A stretch of 64,000 bases of DNA from IMG/VR virus record IMGVR_UViG_3300017989_005288. One strand, written 5' to 3'. The translations under genes and the position numbers were made by a program. Shown one piece after another: positions 28,765 through 38,928 of this stretch (positions within the stretch are counted from its first letter, which is position 1; each line of letters opens with the position of its first letter). This stretch comes from a virus. Under the pieces are notes generated by a model. That model was not told the DNA's origin and did no database searches. It was given only the letters and a program-made list of their open reading frames with translations.

Positions 28765-29154
28765 TCAATAAAATGTGCCGTAGCACACTGTCATAATGTG
28801 AAACAGCCCATTCTCAATTTTGAAAGCTTTAACATACTCTGGAGTGAGATGAGCTGTGAACATATACCTCTTTGTTTTGTTTTTTCCATCCTTTTTTGTT
28901 TCCCACGAAACATCCGCAACGATATCCGGTCCACCAGTAAACTCGGATGTGAATCTCTTTCGAAGCGCTTTACATTCTTTTTGTCCACAATCCGTATCAG
29001 GCAAACCCGTTGGTGCTTCAACGATTGCACAAAACTTATGGACTTTGCCACCCGATTCATTCTTTTCAGAGCTATCGAGACGAACCCGTGCTACCTTGCA
29101 AGTCTCTGGCACAAGCTCAAAAATACTACTATATGCTTCAAAAGCAGAATTCAT
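28765..29154 (-). CDS. hypothetical protein
   Basis: ORF downstream of the AT-rich motif. Confidence 0.65.
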   Translation of the reverse strand: MNSAFEAYSSIFELVPETCKVARVRLDSSEKNESGGKVHKFCAIVEAPTGLPDTDCGQKECKALRKRFTSEFTGGPDIVADVSWETKKDGKNKTKRYMFTAHLTPEYVKAFKIENGLFHIMTVCYGTFY

Positions 29155-29165
29155 CTTTTTGTACC

Positions 29166-29190
29166 CTCTTCACTAATATGCAAATATTAA
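29166..29190 (-). promoter_or_regulatory. recurring AT-rich upstream motif (putative phage promoter)
   Basis: TTAATATTTGCATATTAGTGAAGAG. Confidence 0.45.
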
Positions 29191-29194
29191 ATAA

Positions 29195-29770
29195 TTATAA
29201 CCGCTCACAATTATATCGAGGGCGATCTTTGGTTACCTTCTTGAGAACCTCCAATTGATACTTCGGAAAGTTCTTATTCCCTTTCATATACTCAATTATG
29301 GCATCTGCAATCTTGGCAAGAACACAAGCATCAGCTTGGTTATCATCCTTTGCGTCAACTCCCCATTTCTTATATACCTCTCTTAAAATGAGACTTTTCT
29401 GACCAACTCCCTTTCCTGTAACGAATTTTTTAAGCTGACCTGGAGCTATTACAAAAAACGGCATACCCGAAACGAACAATGTGGTACGCATCAAAGTACC
29501 CAAGCCAACCAAATTGATTGCTGCACCAAATTGAAACTTGCTTTGGGGGATAAAATAGTCCTCAATGCAAATGAGAGACACATCTGGCGGGATACGAGTC
29601 ATTACACTATCAACAATATACATAATCCTGTTAAGGTCAACAGGATGGCTTTGTGGCGTTGTTTTTATAGTTTCCAATGAAACAACTGGGCCAGACAATT
29701 TACAAAACCCAGTCGAAGTCAACGACATATCCAAACCAACTGTACACTTCGTTACTGGGGTTCTATCCAT
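29195..29770 (-). CDS. RuvC-like Holliday junction resolvase
   Basis: VGLDMS.TSTG, CIEDY, LKKFVTGKG, DNQADA. Confidence 0.85.
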   Translation of the reverse strand: MDRTPVTKCTVGLDMSLTSTGFCKLSGPVVSLETIKTTPQSHPVDLNRIMYIVDSVMTRIPPDVSLICIEDYFIPQSKFQFGAAINLVGLGTLMRTTLFVSGMPFFVIAPGQLKKFVTGKGVGQKSLILREVYKKWGVDAKDDNQADACVLAKIADAIIEYMKGNKNFPKYQLEVLKKVTKDRPRYNCERL

Positions 29771-30011
29771 TTGTTTTACCTTCCAAAAGTTTCTCAACTT
29801 CTGAAATCAATCCATCAACCTCTGTATCGAGCTGTTCAGCCATACTTTCAAGCTCTTCTATTTCACAACCAAACTTCTCCTTGCACTCCGTTTCCATAAC
29901 AGTAAGACTTTTTTCCTGTGTTTCAATACGACCCGCTAACCGTTCCTTTTCAGCCTTTAGCTCATCCACCTTGCTACGAAGCTCATTTATTCTTTCCAAT
30001 TGATCACTCAC
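29763..30011 (-). CDS. small coiled-coil protein
   Basis: Heptad-rich, acidic sequence. Confidence 0.7.
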   Translation of the reverse strand: MSDQLERINELRSKVDELKAEKERLAGRIETQEKSLTVMETECKEKFGCEIEELESMAEQLDTEVDGLISEVEKLLEGKTNG

Positions 30012-30432
30012 TGTTCACCTCTTTTGGCATATCCCCAAGAATCATACCACCAAAGATTTCCTTCAACTTCACTTTTGAAACTCGAAAAATATCACCAAGG
30101 TTCGTCACCTTGTTTGCTGGTCCTAAACCACAAGCGCTTCGAAACGTAGCTTCATTCCTAACAAGTGTGCCACCATCAGTGACATAATAAACTCCAATTT
30201 CCTTCCCGTTGTCATCCACAACTGCCAACAAATCAAGTCCAGACTTAACACGAGGAACTATTTTCTTTTGACCACGAATCATGAAAAATGAGATATGACT
30301 CTTAATGATAGTCACAACATTGTCGCTCTCTTGAATTATTATTCTGTTCTGCTGGTCATCAATTAGAGTTCCTTGAATCGAGGTTCCATCAACACGAACA
30401 AAGACTTCTTGACCAATATGGTCCTTCATCAT
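30004..30432 (-). CDS. hypothetical protein
   Basis: Coupled ORF. Confidence 0.7.
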   Translation of the reverse strand: MMKDHIGQEVFVRVDGTSIQGTLIDDQQNRIIIQESDNVVTIIKSHISFFMIRGQKKIVPRVKSGLDLLAVVDDNGKEIGVYYVTDGGTLVRNEATFRSACGLGPANKVTNLGDIFRVSKVKLKEIFGGMILGDMPKEVNSE

Positions 30433-31739
30433 TCATTCTCCAAATGCCGATGAAAAGCAGCACAACCTGGATGAACTGGATTCAAACAGATTGGACAAAT
30501 TTCAATTGATTGAATTGCTTTATCCAGCTCTTTCTTAACCACTCGTAAATCAGACTGCACTCGATTAAGTTCTTGGTGGTTTGTGTTCAAAGCTTGCCGA
30601 CCAGAGCCATGCTTTGAATGCATGTCTACAGCTTCACGAGCAAGAGTATGGCTTTCATGAGCTTTTTTAAGCATTGTTTCTATAGCGCTCGTATCTCCTA
30701 TTGTTTCACATAGCTGCTGGTTTTCCTTTAATGCTGTGCTAACCTGTAAATGAATTTGAACAAGCTGACATGCTTCAACTACTTGAACTCTTTTCTGGCT
30801 TGTAGCTGTCAAAAGCCTTTCACACTCATCAAGATTCGGAAAAGATTGAGATTTCTTTTTGTTTGCCTGCTGCTCTGATACTGCTTTTTTCCAAACATCG
30901 AGAGAATTCGACATCTCATGAACAGCAGTAGCACCTTCAGTAACAACCTCAAGCTTTTTCACAATCGAATCAATATCTGGATATTGCATCAACTTTGCTT
31001 TATCATCTGCAAGCTGTCTGTTTGCTTCCTTCACAGCAACGTCCATCCTCTGAATTTCTTGTACCAGTTTTTCTCCTTCCTTTGCTTTTTCAATCAATCC
31101 CTCAATCTTAACAAGCAGCTTTTCAGTTCTATCAATCATATTTCGATCATGCAACTGTTCTTCCAAAGACTTGATGAGACTTTCAGTTTGTTTAATCTCT
31201 CGTGACGTACGAACATTGTCAAGACCTACCTGCCGAATCAACTCTTCCATTCCAGCTAAACCGCTAATCTCATCGATAATCTGTGCTCGAACAGAACCTG
31301 ATATGTCATCACCATCCATCTCAGCAAGAAGAAAGTGTCCTTCAAGCTGATCCATAACATTTGGTCTGATTGAGAAATTTCCTAACTGAACAACTCGCAA
31401 GCCAATAATATCCGCCGCTTCAGGTATGACTGCTTTACCGGGTTTGGAAAAGTACTGAGTCTTCCCACCAACTGGAGTAACCTCCCAATTGTTAATATTT
31501 GTACCTCTTTCAACCTGAACAGTTCCACGTTCCGTAGTCACCTTTAGCTTACACTTTTTTGTCCCAAGTCTAAGACTACGTGGGTCCCATTCGTTATAAG
31601 CCAGCAGTCGTAACGCTCTGATAATAGACGACTTACCAGCATTGCTTGGACCACATATCAAATTAAACCCCGCATCGAAACTGTCGATCACAGTATGTTT
31701 ATGGTTCTCGAAGTTGGTAATTTCGAGTCTTTGTAACAT
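30429..31739 (-). CDS. SbcC/Rad50-like ATPase, N-terminal half ending at the zinc hook
   Basis: LEITNFENH, Walker A GPSNAGKSS, coiled coil, terminal CPIC; no ABC signature or Walker B seen. Confidence 0.85.
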   Translation of the reverse strand: MLQRLEITNFENHKHTVIDSFDAGFNLICGPSNAGKSSIIRALRLLAYNEWDPRSLRLGTKKCKLKVTTERGTVQVERGTNINNWEVTPVGGKTQYFSKPGKAVIPEAADIIGLRVVQLGNFSIRPNVMDQLEGHFLLAEMDGDDISGSVRAQIIDEISGLAGMEELIRQVGLDNVRTSREIKQTESLIKSLEEQLHDRNMIDRTEKLLVKIEGLIEKAKEGEKLVQEIQRMDVAVKEANRQLADDKAKLMQYPDIDSIVKKLEVVTEGATAVHEMSNSLDVWKKAVSEQQANKKKSQSFPNLDECERLLTATSQKRVQVVEACQLVQIHLQVSTALKENQQLCETIGDTSAIETMLKKAHESHTLAREAVDMHSKHGSGRQALNTNHQELNRVQSDLRVVKKELDKAIQSIEICPICLNPVHPGCAAFHRHLENE

Positions 31740-31781
31740 CTCGAAATGTTATATGAAAAGCAGCGCTATGATTTATCTTTT

Positions 31782-32693
31782 TTACAGGTCTAACCGAACT
31801 TTATAGACATGACGGCCAACTTTTGCTTCACTCGGTCCAATCCACATAGCAGGAATGACAATCGTTTTACCTTTTTGCTTGGTAAATCGTTCACTTCTAA
31901 ACGTTCTGAAATGTTTGCGACGTTCATGTGGAGTAGGAGATGCACGTGATTCACCAGTAGGCTCCGACAACCCCATGACTTGCCGAATTTTCTTTGCGTT
32001 CAACAAGGTATATTGAGGACGATTGTGAGACCTTGGAATTTTTCTCTGATTTTCCTTCCTTCTTTTTGGAGTTTTTGCGGGACGTTTTTCCAAAACCCAA
32101 TTGTTTGGGCTATTGAAATACATTACTTCTTCAAAAGCAGCACTAATATTTTGCAAAGCAGCTTTACACCCATCTACCAATTCTGGAGTTTTGGCATCAG
32201 GACAAAACAAAACTCCCAACTTTTTATGAGCAAAGAACAGACGTCCTACATCACCACCATACCGCCATCTCTCTCTACTTGTTCCAATTTTGTCATACTT
32301 AAACCAACCACTGCTAATAAGACATGTTCCTTTGGGAAACACTTTTTGCATTTCCCTTGCAGCATCATGTAGACCATCTGGTCTAAAATTACTCAAATCA
32401 GCATCCATAGGAATACATTCAATAAACAAACGAGGTACACCAATTCCTTTCGCATCCTTCTCGATATCCTGCAAAATGACACAGCTTGCACCATCTTCAA
32501 TTGCTATGCAAGGAAAAGGCAAGAAAAAATTATCCCGGAGAAAATCTGCTTCCTCAGAGTCAATTTCTCGCTGAGGCAAGACTTCGTGTGCTTTGCCTTC
32601 AAAAACGAAAATTCGTGCATTGCGAAGAGTTTTCTTGACCTCCTCAGTACTTACATATCGTTCTACAATAGCGGCAAGTTTGTCGAATATCAT
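31782..32693 (-). CDS. hypothetical phage protein
   Basis: C-terminal SP.PHERRKH.R motif. Confidence 0.7.
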   Translation of the reverse strand: MIFDKLAAIVERYVSTEEVKKTLRNARIFVFEGKAHEVLPQREIDSEEADFLRDNFFLPFPCIAIEDGASCVILQDIEKDAKGIGVPRLFIECIPMDADLSNFRPDGLHDAAREMQKVFPKGTCLISSGWFKYDKIGTSRERWRYGGDVGRLFFAHKKLGVLFCPDAKTPELVDGCKAALQNISAAFEEVMYFNSPNNWVLEKRPAKTPKRRKENQRKIPRSHNRPQYTLLNAKKIRQVMGLSEPTGESRASPTPHERRKHFRTFRSERFTKQKGKTIVIPAMWIGPSEAKVGRHVYKVRLDL

Positions 32694-33325
32694 TAGTTCA
32701 ACGAAACCGAAACTTCTTGCTGTTCCGCTTCTGGCTTAAGTTCTTCCTTAAGCGCGTCCAATCTTATTCCAATTATTGGACGCAAATAAACGTGATAAAA
32801 AAGAAACCACATGAGGTAAGCCAAAAACAAAGTCGTTGCCAACACAAAATTGTCATGCATAAAAAAGACTACAACGCATGCAATTTGGCACAGTCGCCAT
32901 AACATTTCATACAAATACCTAAGAACGCCAGGATTTTTCGTAAAAGCCTTGTTCAACAAATAGGTATCGCGACTCCTAATAACATCCTTGTTTTTCTCCT
33001 CATCCCCATTCTTCTTTCTCAAATCACTTGCTGCAATCCAAGCAGCAGTTGCCAACATCATATGCAATGCTAAGAAAAGAATGAGCATAGTCCAAGTAAA
33101 AAGATTCCCCATCCAACCAAATCCTACTGCCACATTTTCAATGTGTTCATTCGGAGTCCACATCGTTAACACAAGCAAAACTCCAGCACAAGGAACAAAC
33201 ACAGAGCAAAGAGAAGCAAACGCCCACCTCCATTTTGCACCTTTATCTTCTTTTCGAAGCGAATTGACATACTTTTGCACATAATTCGGGTAAGAAGCAA
33301 TGATGTCTACGCTGGACCACCTCAT
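32693..33325 (-). CDS. membrane protein
   Basis: About four hydrophobic helices. Confidence 0.7.
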   Translation of the reverse strand: MRWSSVDIIASYPNYVQKYVNSLRKEDKGAKWRWAFASLCSVFVPCAGVLLVLTMWTPNEHIENVAVGFGWMGNLFTWTMLILFLALHMMLATAAWIAASDLRKKNGDEEKNKDVIRSRDTYLLNKAFTKNPGVLRYLYEMLWRLCQIACVVVFFMHDNFVLATTLFLAYLMWFLFYHVYLRPIIGIRLDALKEELKPEAEQQEVSVSLN

Positions 33326-33726
33326 TTCTTTTTCTCCTTCGGGATTACAATCTCATAATCGTCCAACTCACAAAAATCAAATACATCATCAAAATCCGAC
33401 AAATTGTCTGCTGGTTGTCTCCCCATAGCCCCTACTTCAATCATGTTGTAAACCACATTGCCAAAATCTTGAGTTTTCCTCAACCCCCACTCGTTGAAAA
33501 CCATACGTGCCAAAGGACCAAAAGCTCCAAACGCGGTTTCTTTAATGGACAAACAGAGCTCTTGACCTGTGACATGGCGTGGCTCTTTGAAAGAACTAAC
33601 CAAACATTGCAAGCTAAACAACACAAACTGATATGCACTTGCACTGTAGCGATTATCCTTAGCAAGAATCTCTTTCAAATGCACTGGCGTCACGATTCGG
33701 AACTCCCAGCACAAGTTTTTTGCCAC
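33322..33726 (-). CDS. Minf_1886-family protein (Planctomycetes/Verrucomicrobia-type)
   Basis: D.RY...AYQFV..SL, HVTGQEL, FGPLAR.VF.EWG...T.DFG.VVYNMI, DF..VFDF. Confidence 0.8.
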   Translation of the reverse strand: MAKNLCWEFRIVTPVHLKEILAKDNRYSASAYQFVLFSLQCLVSSFKEPRHVTGQELCLSIKETAFGAFGPLARMVFNEWGLRKTQDFGNVVYNMIEVGAMGRQPADNLSDFDDVFDFCELDDYEIVIPKEKKK

Positions 33727-33950
33727 ACAATTGCTTTTGCAAATGTGCTCTTGTACTCGTCAAATGCAGTTTGTAAATCTTCGGGAAGCTCTGATTTTTG
33801 AGCCTTCTCTTCCAAAAGGCTTAGTAAATTTCGACGTTTCTCATACAAATGTGCTTCCGCATGCATTTGAGCTCCTTGAGCTGGACTAAGACTCAAAATC
33901 TCCCATACATGCTCCAAATCCTTCTTACAAAAGGGACAGACATAATCCAT
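33690..33950 (-). CDS. hypothetical protein with C2H2-like finger
   Basis: CPFC...H...H. Confidence 0.6.
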   Translation of the reverse strand: MDYVCPFCKKDLEHVWEILSLSPAQGAQMHAEAHLYEKRRNLLSLLEEKAQKSELPEDLQTAFDEYKSTFAKAIVWQKTCAGSSES

Positions 33951-34276
33951 CAGCTTACCTTCTTCAAAATTCGTTCAGAGCACTTAGGACATCGATCCAA
34001 AAGAACCTTAATCGACTTCTCTGCATCAATCGGTTCTCCAATCACCTTACACTCAAATTCAGGAAGTGGAGAAGAATGATTATACCCACGATTTTTCATT
34101 TCAACAACGAGTTCATCGTGACGTTTCTTCAAAGACTGCGGCTCCAACAACCCATTCAAAAAACCAGCAATCGATTTCCCTTGTTGCAGCACACCAACAG
34201 TCATATGAATCTCAAAATGTTCACCAAGCAAATGCTGGCGACACATCAATTTAGGTGGAACCATCCACATCCGCAT
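33950..34276 (-). CDS. pyrimidine-dimer DNA glycosylase/endonuclease V-like protein
   Basis: MRMW.V....LCRQHLLGEH.E.H...RHD.LV.EM..RGYNH.SP. Confidence 0.8.
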   Translation of the reverse strand: MRMWMVPPKLMCRQHLLGEHFEIHMTVGVLQQGKSIAGFLNGLLEPQSLKKRHDELVVEMKNRGYNHSSPLPEFECKVIGEPIDAEKSIKVLLDRCPKCSERILKKVS

Positions 34277-34280
34277 TTTG

Positions 34281-34505
34281 TTACTTCGCTTTTGCAAGTC
34301 CTTGAAAAACTTCGCGAGCATCTTCCAAGCGGTCTTCTGCAAAGCCGAGAGGAATCGAATCCAAGACATGAAGACAACTTTTGTTTTCCAGCTCGACTGC
34401 CTTCATTCGAATAGGCACGATTTCATCCAACAAAGCATTGATTTTTCGACTCAGTTCCAACATTTTCTTTTTTGTAAATGCTCGTTTTTGTTTTTTCTTA
34501 GCCAT
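34281..34505 (-). CDS. hypothetical protein
   Basis: Likely start MAKKKQ. Confidence 0.6.
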   Translation of the reverse strand: MAKKKQKRAFTKKKMLELSRKINALLDEIVPIRMKAVELENKSCLHVLDSIPLGFAEDRLEDAREVFQGLAKAK

Positions 34506-34516
34506 CTGATTTGTCC

Positions 34517-36499
<1,983 letters not shown>

Positions 36500-36540
36500 C
36501 TAACCTCCTTCATATTATATAACAGACTCAATGTCGAATT
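36500..36540 (-). promoter_or_regulatory. putative promoter and RBS of ligA
   Basis: TCGACA...TATAAT..AAGGAGG on the minus strand; similar TCGAC...TATAAT upstream of rmlA. Confidence 0.4.
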
Positions 36541-37715
36541 GGAGACAAAAAAGCATTATGCTCTTGTTTCTCTTTCTTGTCAGCTTTGTTACAAAAGGCA
36601 ATAATCCAAAACACAGCTTGCGTAGCAGCCATAACAGCTATCAACACCAAATAATTCCACCAAGGTGGCTCAATGCTAATGTAGCTGAACTTCTCCCATT
36701 CCTTGATCACGTAATTAGCTTTGATTTCTTGCTCAATCTCCGGTATCAACTCCGTGCTAACCTTGTTCTCCATCAGAATGGTTTCAAGATTACGCTTGAC
36801 AATCTCTTTCTCTGTCCAACCAAAAACAAAACTCCACGTTGTTTTATCTCCATCTGAGCCATAGCAAAGCACAAGGTCATTTTTCTTGCCACCAATCCAA
36901 GCTGCTTGTTGCCATAATGCTGCTTGTTTGTCTCGTTTGCCAAAACCAATCAAAATGACATTGACTTTCCAAAATGGCCCCAACCGAGAATTCATTCTAT
37001 CCCATTCCAGAATATTGACCTTGCTCGCTTGTCCTATCAGTCTATTTGATTTCCGCCAATTTTTGTTTGCTGGGTACTTAAACGTTTTTTCTGTTTTGGG
37101 CACCTTTGCAAACTGGAAAACACTTGGAGCAGCTTTGATTCGGTTTTCAAAAGCGTAAGTTTCAACAGCCGGATAGATATACCCTGTATGATTACTCGCA
37201 GAATAATCATATGGATCACCAGAATGAAAAGTGCCACTCATGTGTGAACATGAACGATAGCCTTTCAGCTTGTCTATTTTGCCACCAAAATTCTTGACAA
37301 TCTCGTCGTAAAACTTTTTGCTAATGTTTCTGGCTTGCTCTTTTTTGCCAAAATCAATATCACAATTCCAATATTTCGAATGTGTTTCATAATGCGTTGT
37401 TGTATGTGAATAAACACGACGAGTATGAGTCTGTCTGTTTTTACCATAGCCCGTTGTATAGGTTTCAGTTCTATAATGTTTGACTGTGTATCTTTCAACC
37501 CATTCCGGATGGTAAGTGGCCTTGACAATTTGACCCGACCAAGTTTCAGCATCACGTGTCAATCCAGCGAAAGCAATAGCGTGACAAATACCAGCCGTCA
37601 AAAATGCAATAGCCACACCGATTAGCCATTCCCACCAAACAATGCGCTTGGAAACCACCCACACAATTGCACCGAAAATAGCTGGCAGACAAGCAAGCAG
37701 ATAGAAGAAAATCAC
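36528..37715 (-). CDS. membrane protein
   Basis: Two N-terminal and one C-terminal hydrophobic helices. Confidence 0.75.
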   Translation of the reverse strand: MIFFYLLACLPAIFGAIVWVVSKRIVWWEWLIGVAIAFLTAGICHAIAFAGLTRDAETWSGQIVKATYHPEWVERYTVKHYRTETYTTGYGKNRQTHTRRVYSHTTTHYETHSKYWNCDIDFGKKEQARNISKKFYDEIVKNFGGKIDKLKGYRSCSHMSGTFHSGDPYDYSASNHTGYIYPAVETYAFENRIKAAPSVFQFAKVPKTEKTFKYPANKNWRKSNRLIGQASKVNILEWDRMNSRLGPFWKVNVILIGFGKRDKQAALWQQAAWIGGKKNDLVLCYGSDGDKTTWSFVFGWTEKEIVKRNLETILMENKVSTELIPEIEQEIKANYVIKEWEKFSYISIEPPWWNYLVLIAVMAATQAVFWIIAFCNKADKKEKQEHNAFLSPIRH

Positions 37716-38329
37716 GGTATATCCTTTCTGACTTCCATGCTGTTCAAATCAACAACGCCAACGGGAGACCAATTATCGTCATACTCTCCCCAATAATCAA
37801 AACTACCATTGTATTCCCAAAGCGTAATGAAGACAATGCGCTTTGGTTCTATTGGACTTTTTCGCTGCTTTATCCGAAGCTTTTCAAGTTCTGTATCAGC
37901 CACTTCTTCTTTATCTTCTATCTGTGCTAACTTCATTGCTACCTTTTCCAAATACTCAAAGCATCCATCACAAACTTCTCTCCAGCCGTTTTCATCCCGA
38001 AGAACGCTAATCATAGAAGGTTCACAGCAAACATACCCTGCGCTCTGACAAACAAGAGGCCCAAATTGAAAACCAATGGTGTTTTCGGTGAACTCTGTAT
38101 CAGGTGTGTCACTGTTGGTGGTACTTCCCTCAAATTGAAATTTGCAACCAATTTCTTCATCAGGCGTATGAAGAGAAGAATTTAACGGTTTCTCAGCACT
38201 CACTATTTCACAAGTTACTTCTTCCCAGCCCTTCTTGAACAATACGTTTTCACTGTCCAAGAAAGAAGCATTTTCCTTGTCGCCTTTTTTGTAAAAGTAT
38301 GCTGTGACTTGAATCAAGCAGTCATTCAT
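37712..38329 (-). CDS. hypothetical protein
   Basis: Coupled ORF. Confidence 0.65.
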   Translation of the reverse strand: MNDCLIQVTAYFYKKGDKENASFLDSENVLFKKGWEEVTCEIVSAEKPLNSSLHTPDEEIGCKFQFEGSTTNSDTPDTEFTENTIGFQFGPLVCQSAGYVCCEPSMISVLRDENGWREVCDGCFEYLEKVAMKLAQIEDKEEVADTELEKLRIKQRKSPIEPKRIVFITLWEYNGSFDYWGEYDDNWSPVGVVDLNSMEVRKDIP

Positions 38330-38901
38330 TGTCCACTCTTTTTGTCCTTCTCTTTCTTTTTGAACACATCAACATCGTCATCAGTACCAGTTTGCATTGC
38401 CTTTTGAGAACGACTTGACGTAATGATAGTGACGTTGATTTTCTGTCTTCCAAGAATGCTACAGACCATGCTACCGGGAAACACGTCAATCAAGTTGTCG
38501 TGTTCTCGCTTCAAATCCAATAGCTCTTTTTGTCGCATAGTCCAAGCATCCCGAGACCCTGTTATGATATTCTGCAAATTGTTAAAAGTCGATGTATCCA
38601 CGTTTGGTACTGACTCATGTATCCATTTCATCAAAGTGCCACCCCCAACATTTCTGGCTTGTGCATGTTGAACAAAAATCTCTTTGAGTGCATTTTTCTG
38701 CGCATCAGTTACCTGCGCCACTTGGGAGATTTTCTTCCACATGTTGTCAAACTCGGACTCGTTGTCTTTTTGTTTTGCTGTGATCGTATTTCGCAATTTG
38801 ACTTCACTATTCATAGTGCTGACGAAAAATGCACCACAAACAATGACAACGATCAACAGCACCACACCCGCAGCAATCGCAACCATGCATCCTTTGTTCA
38901 T
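38326..38901 (-). CDS. membrane-anchored coiled-coil protein (LemA-like topology)
   Basis: N-terminal TM helix followed by a helical domain. Confidence 0.65.
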   Translation of the reverse strand: MNKGCMVAIAAGVVLLIVVIVCGAFFVSTMNSEVKLRNTITAKQKDNESEFDNMWKKISQVAQVTDAQKNALKEIFVQHAQARNVGGGTLMKWIHESVPNVDTSTFNNLQNIITGSRDAWTMRQKELLDLKREHDNLIDVFPGSMVCSILGRQKINVTIITSSRSQKAMQTGTDDDVDVFKKKEKDKKSGQ

Positions 38902-38928
38902 TTTTTTGCTCCTTTCTTGTTTATATTC

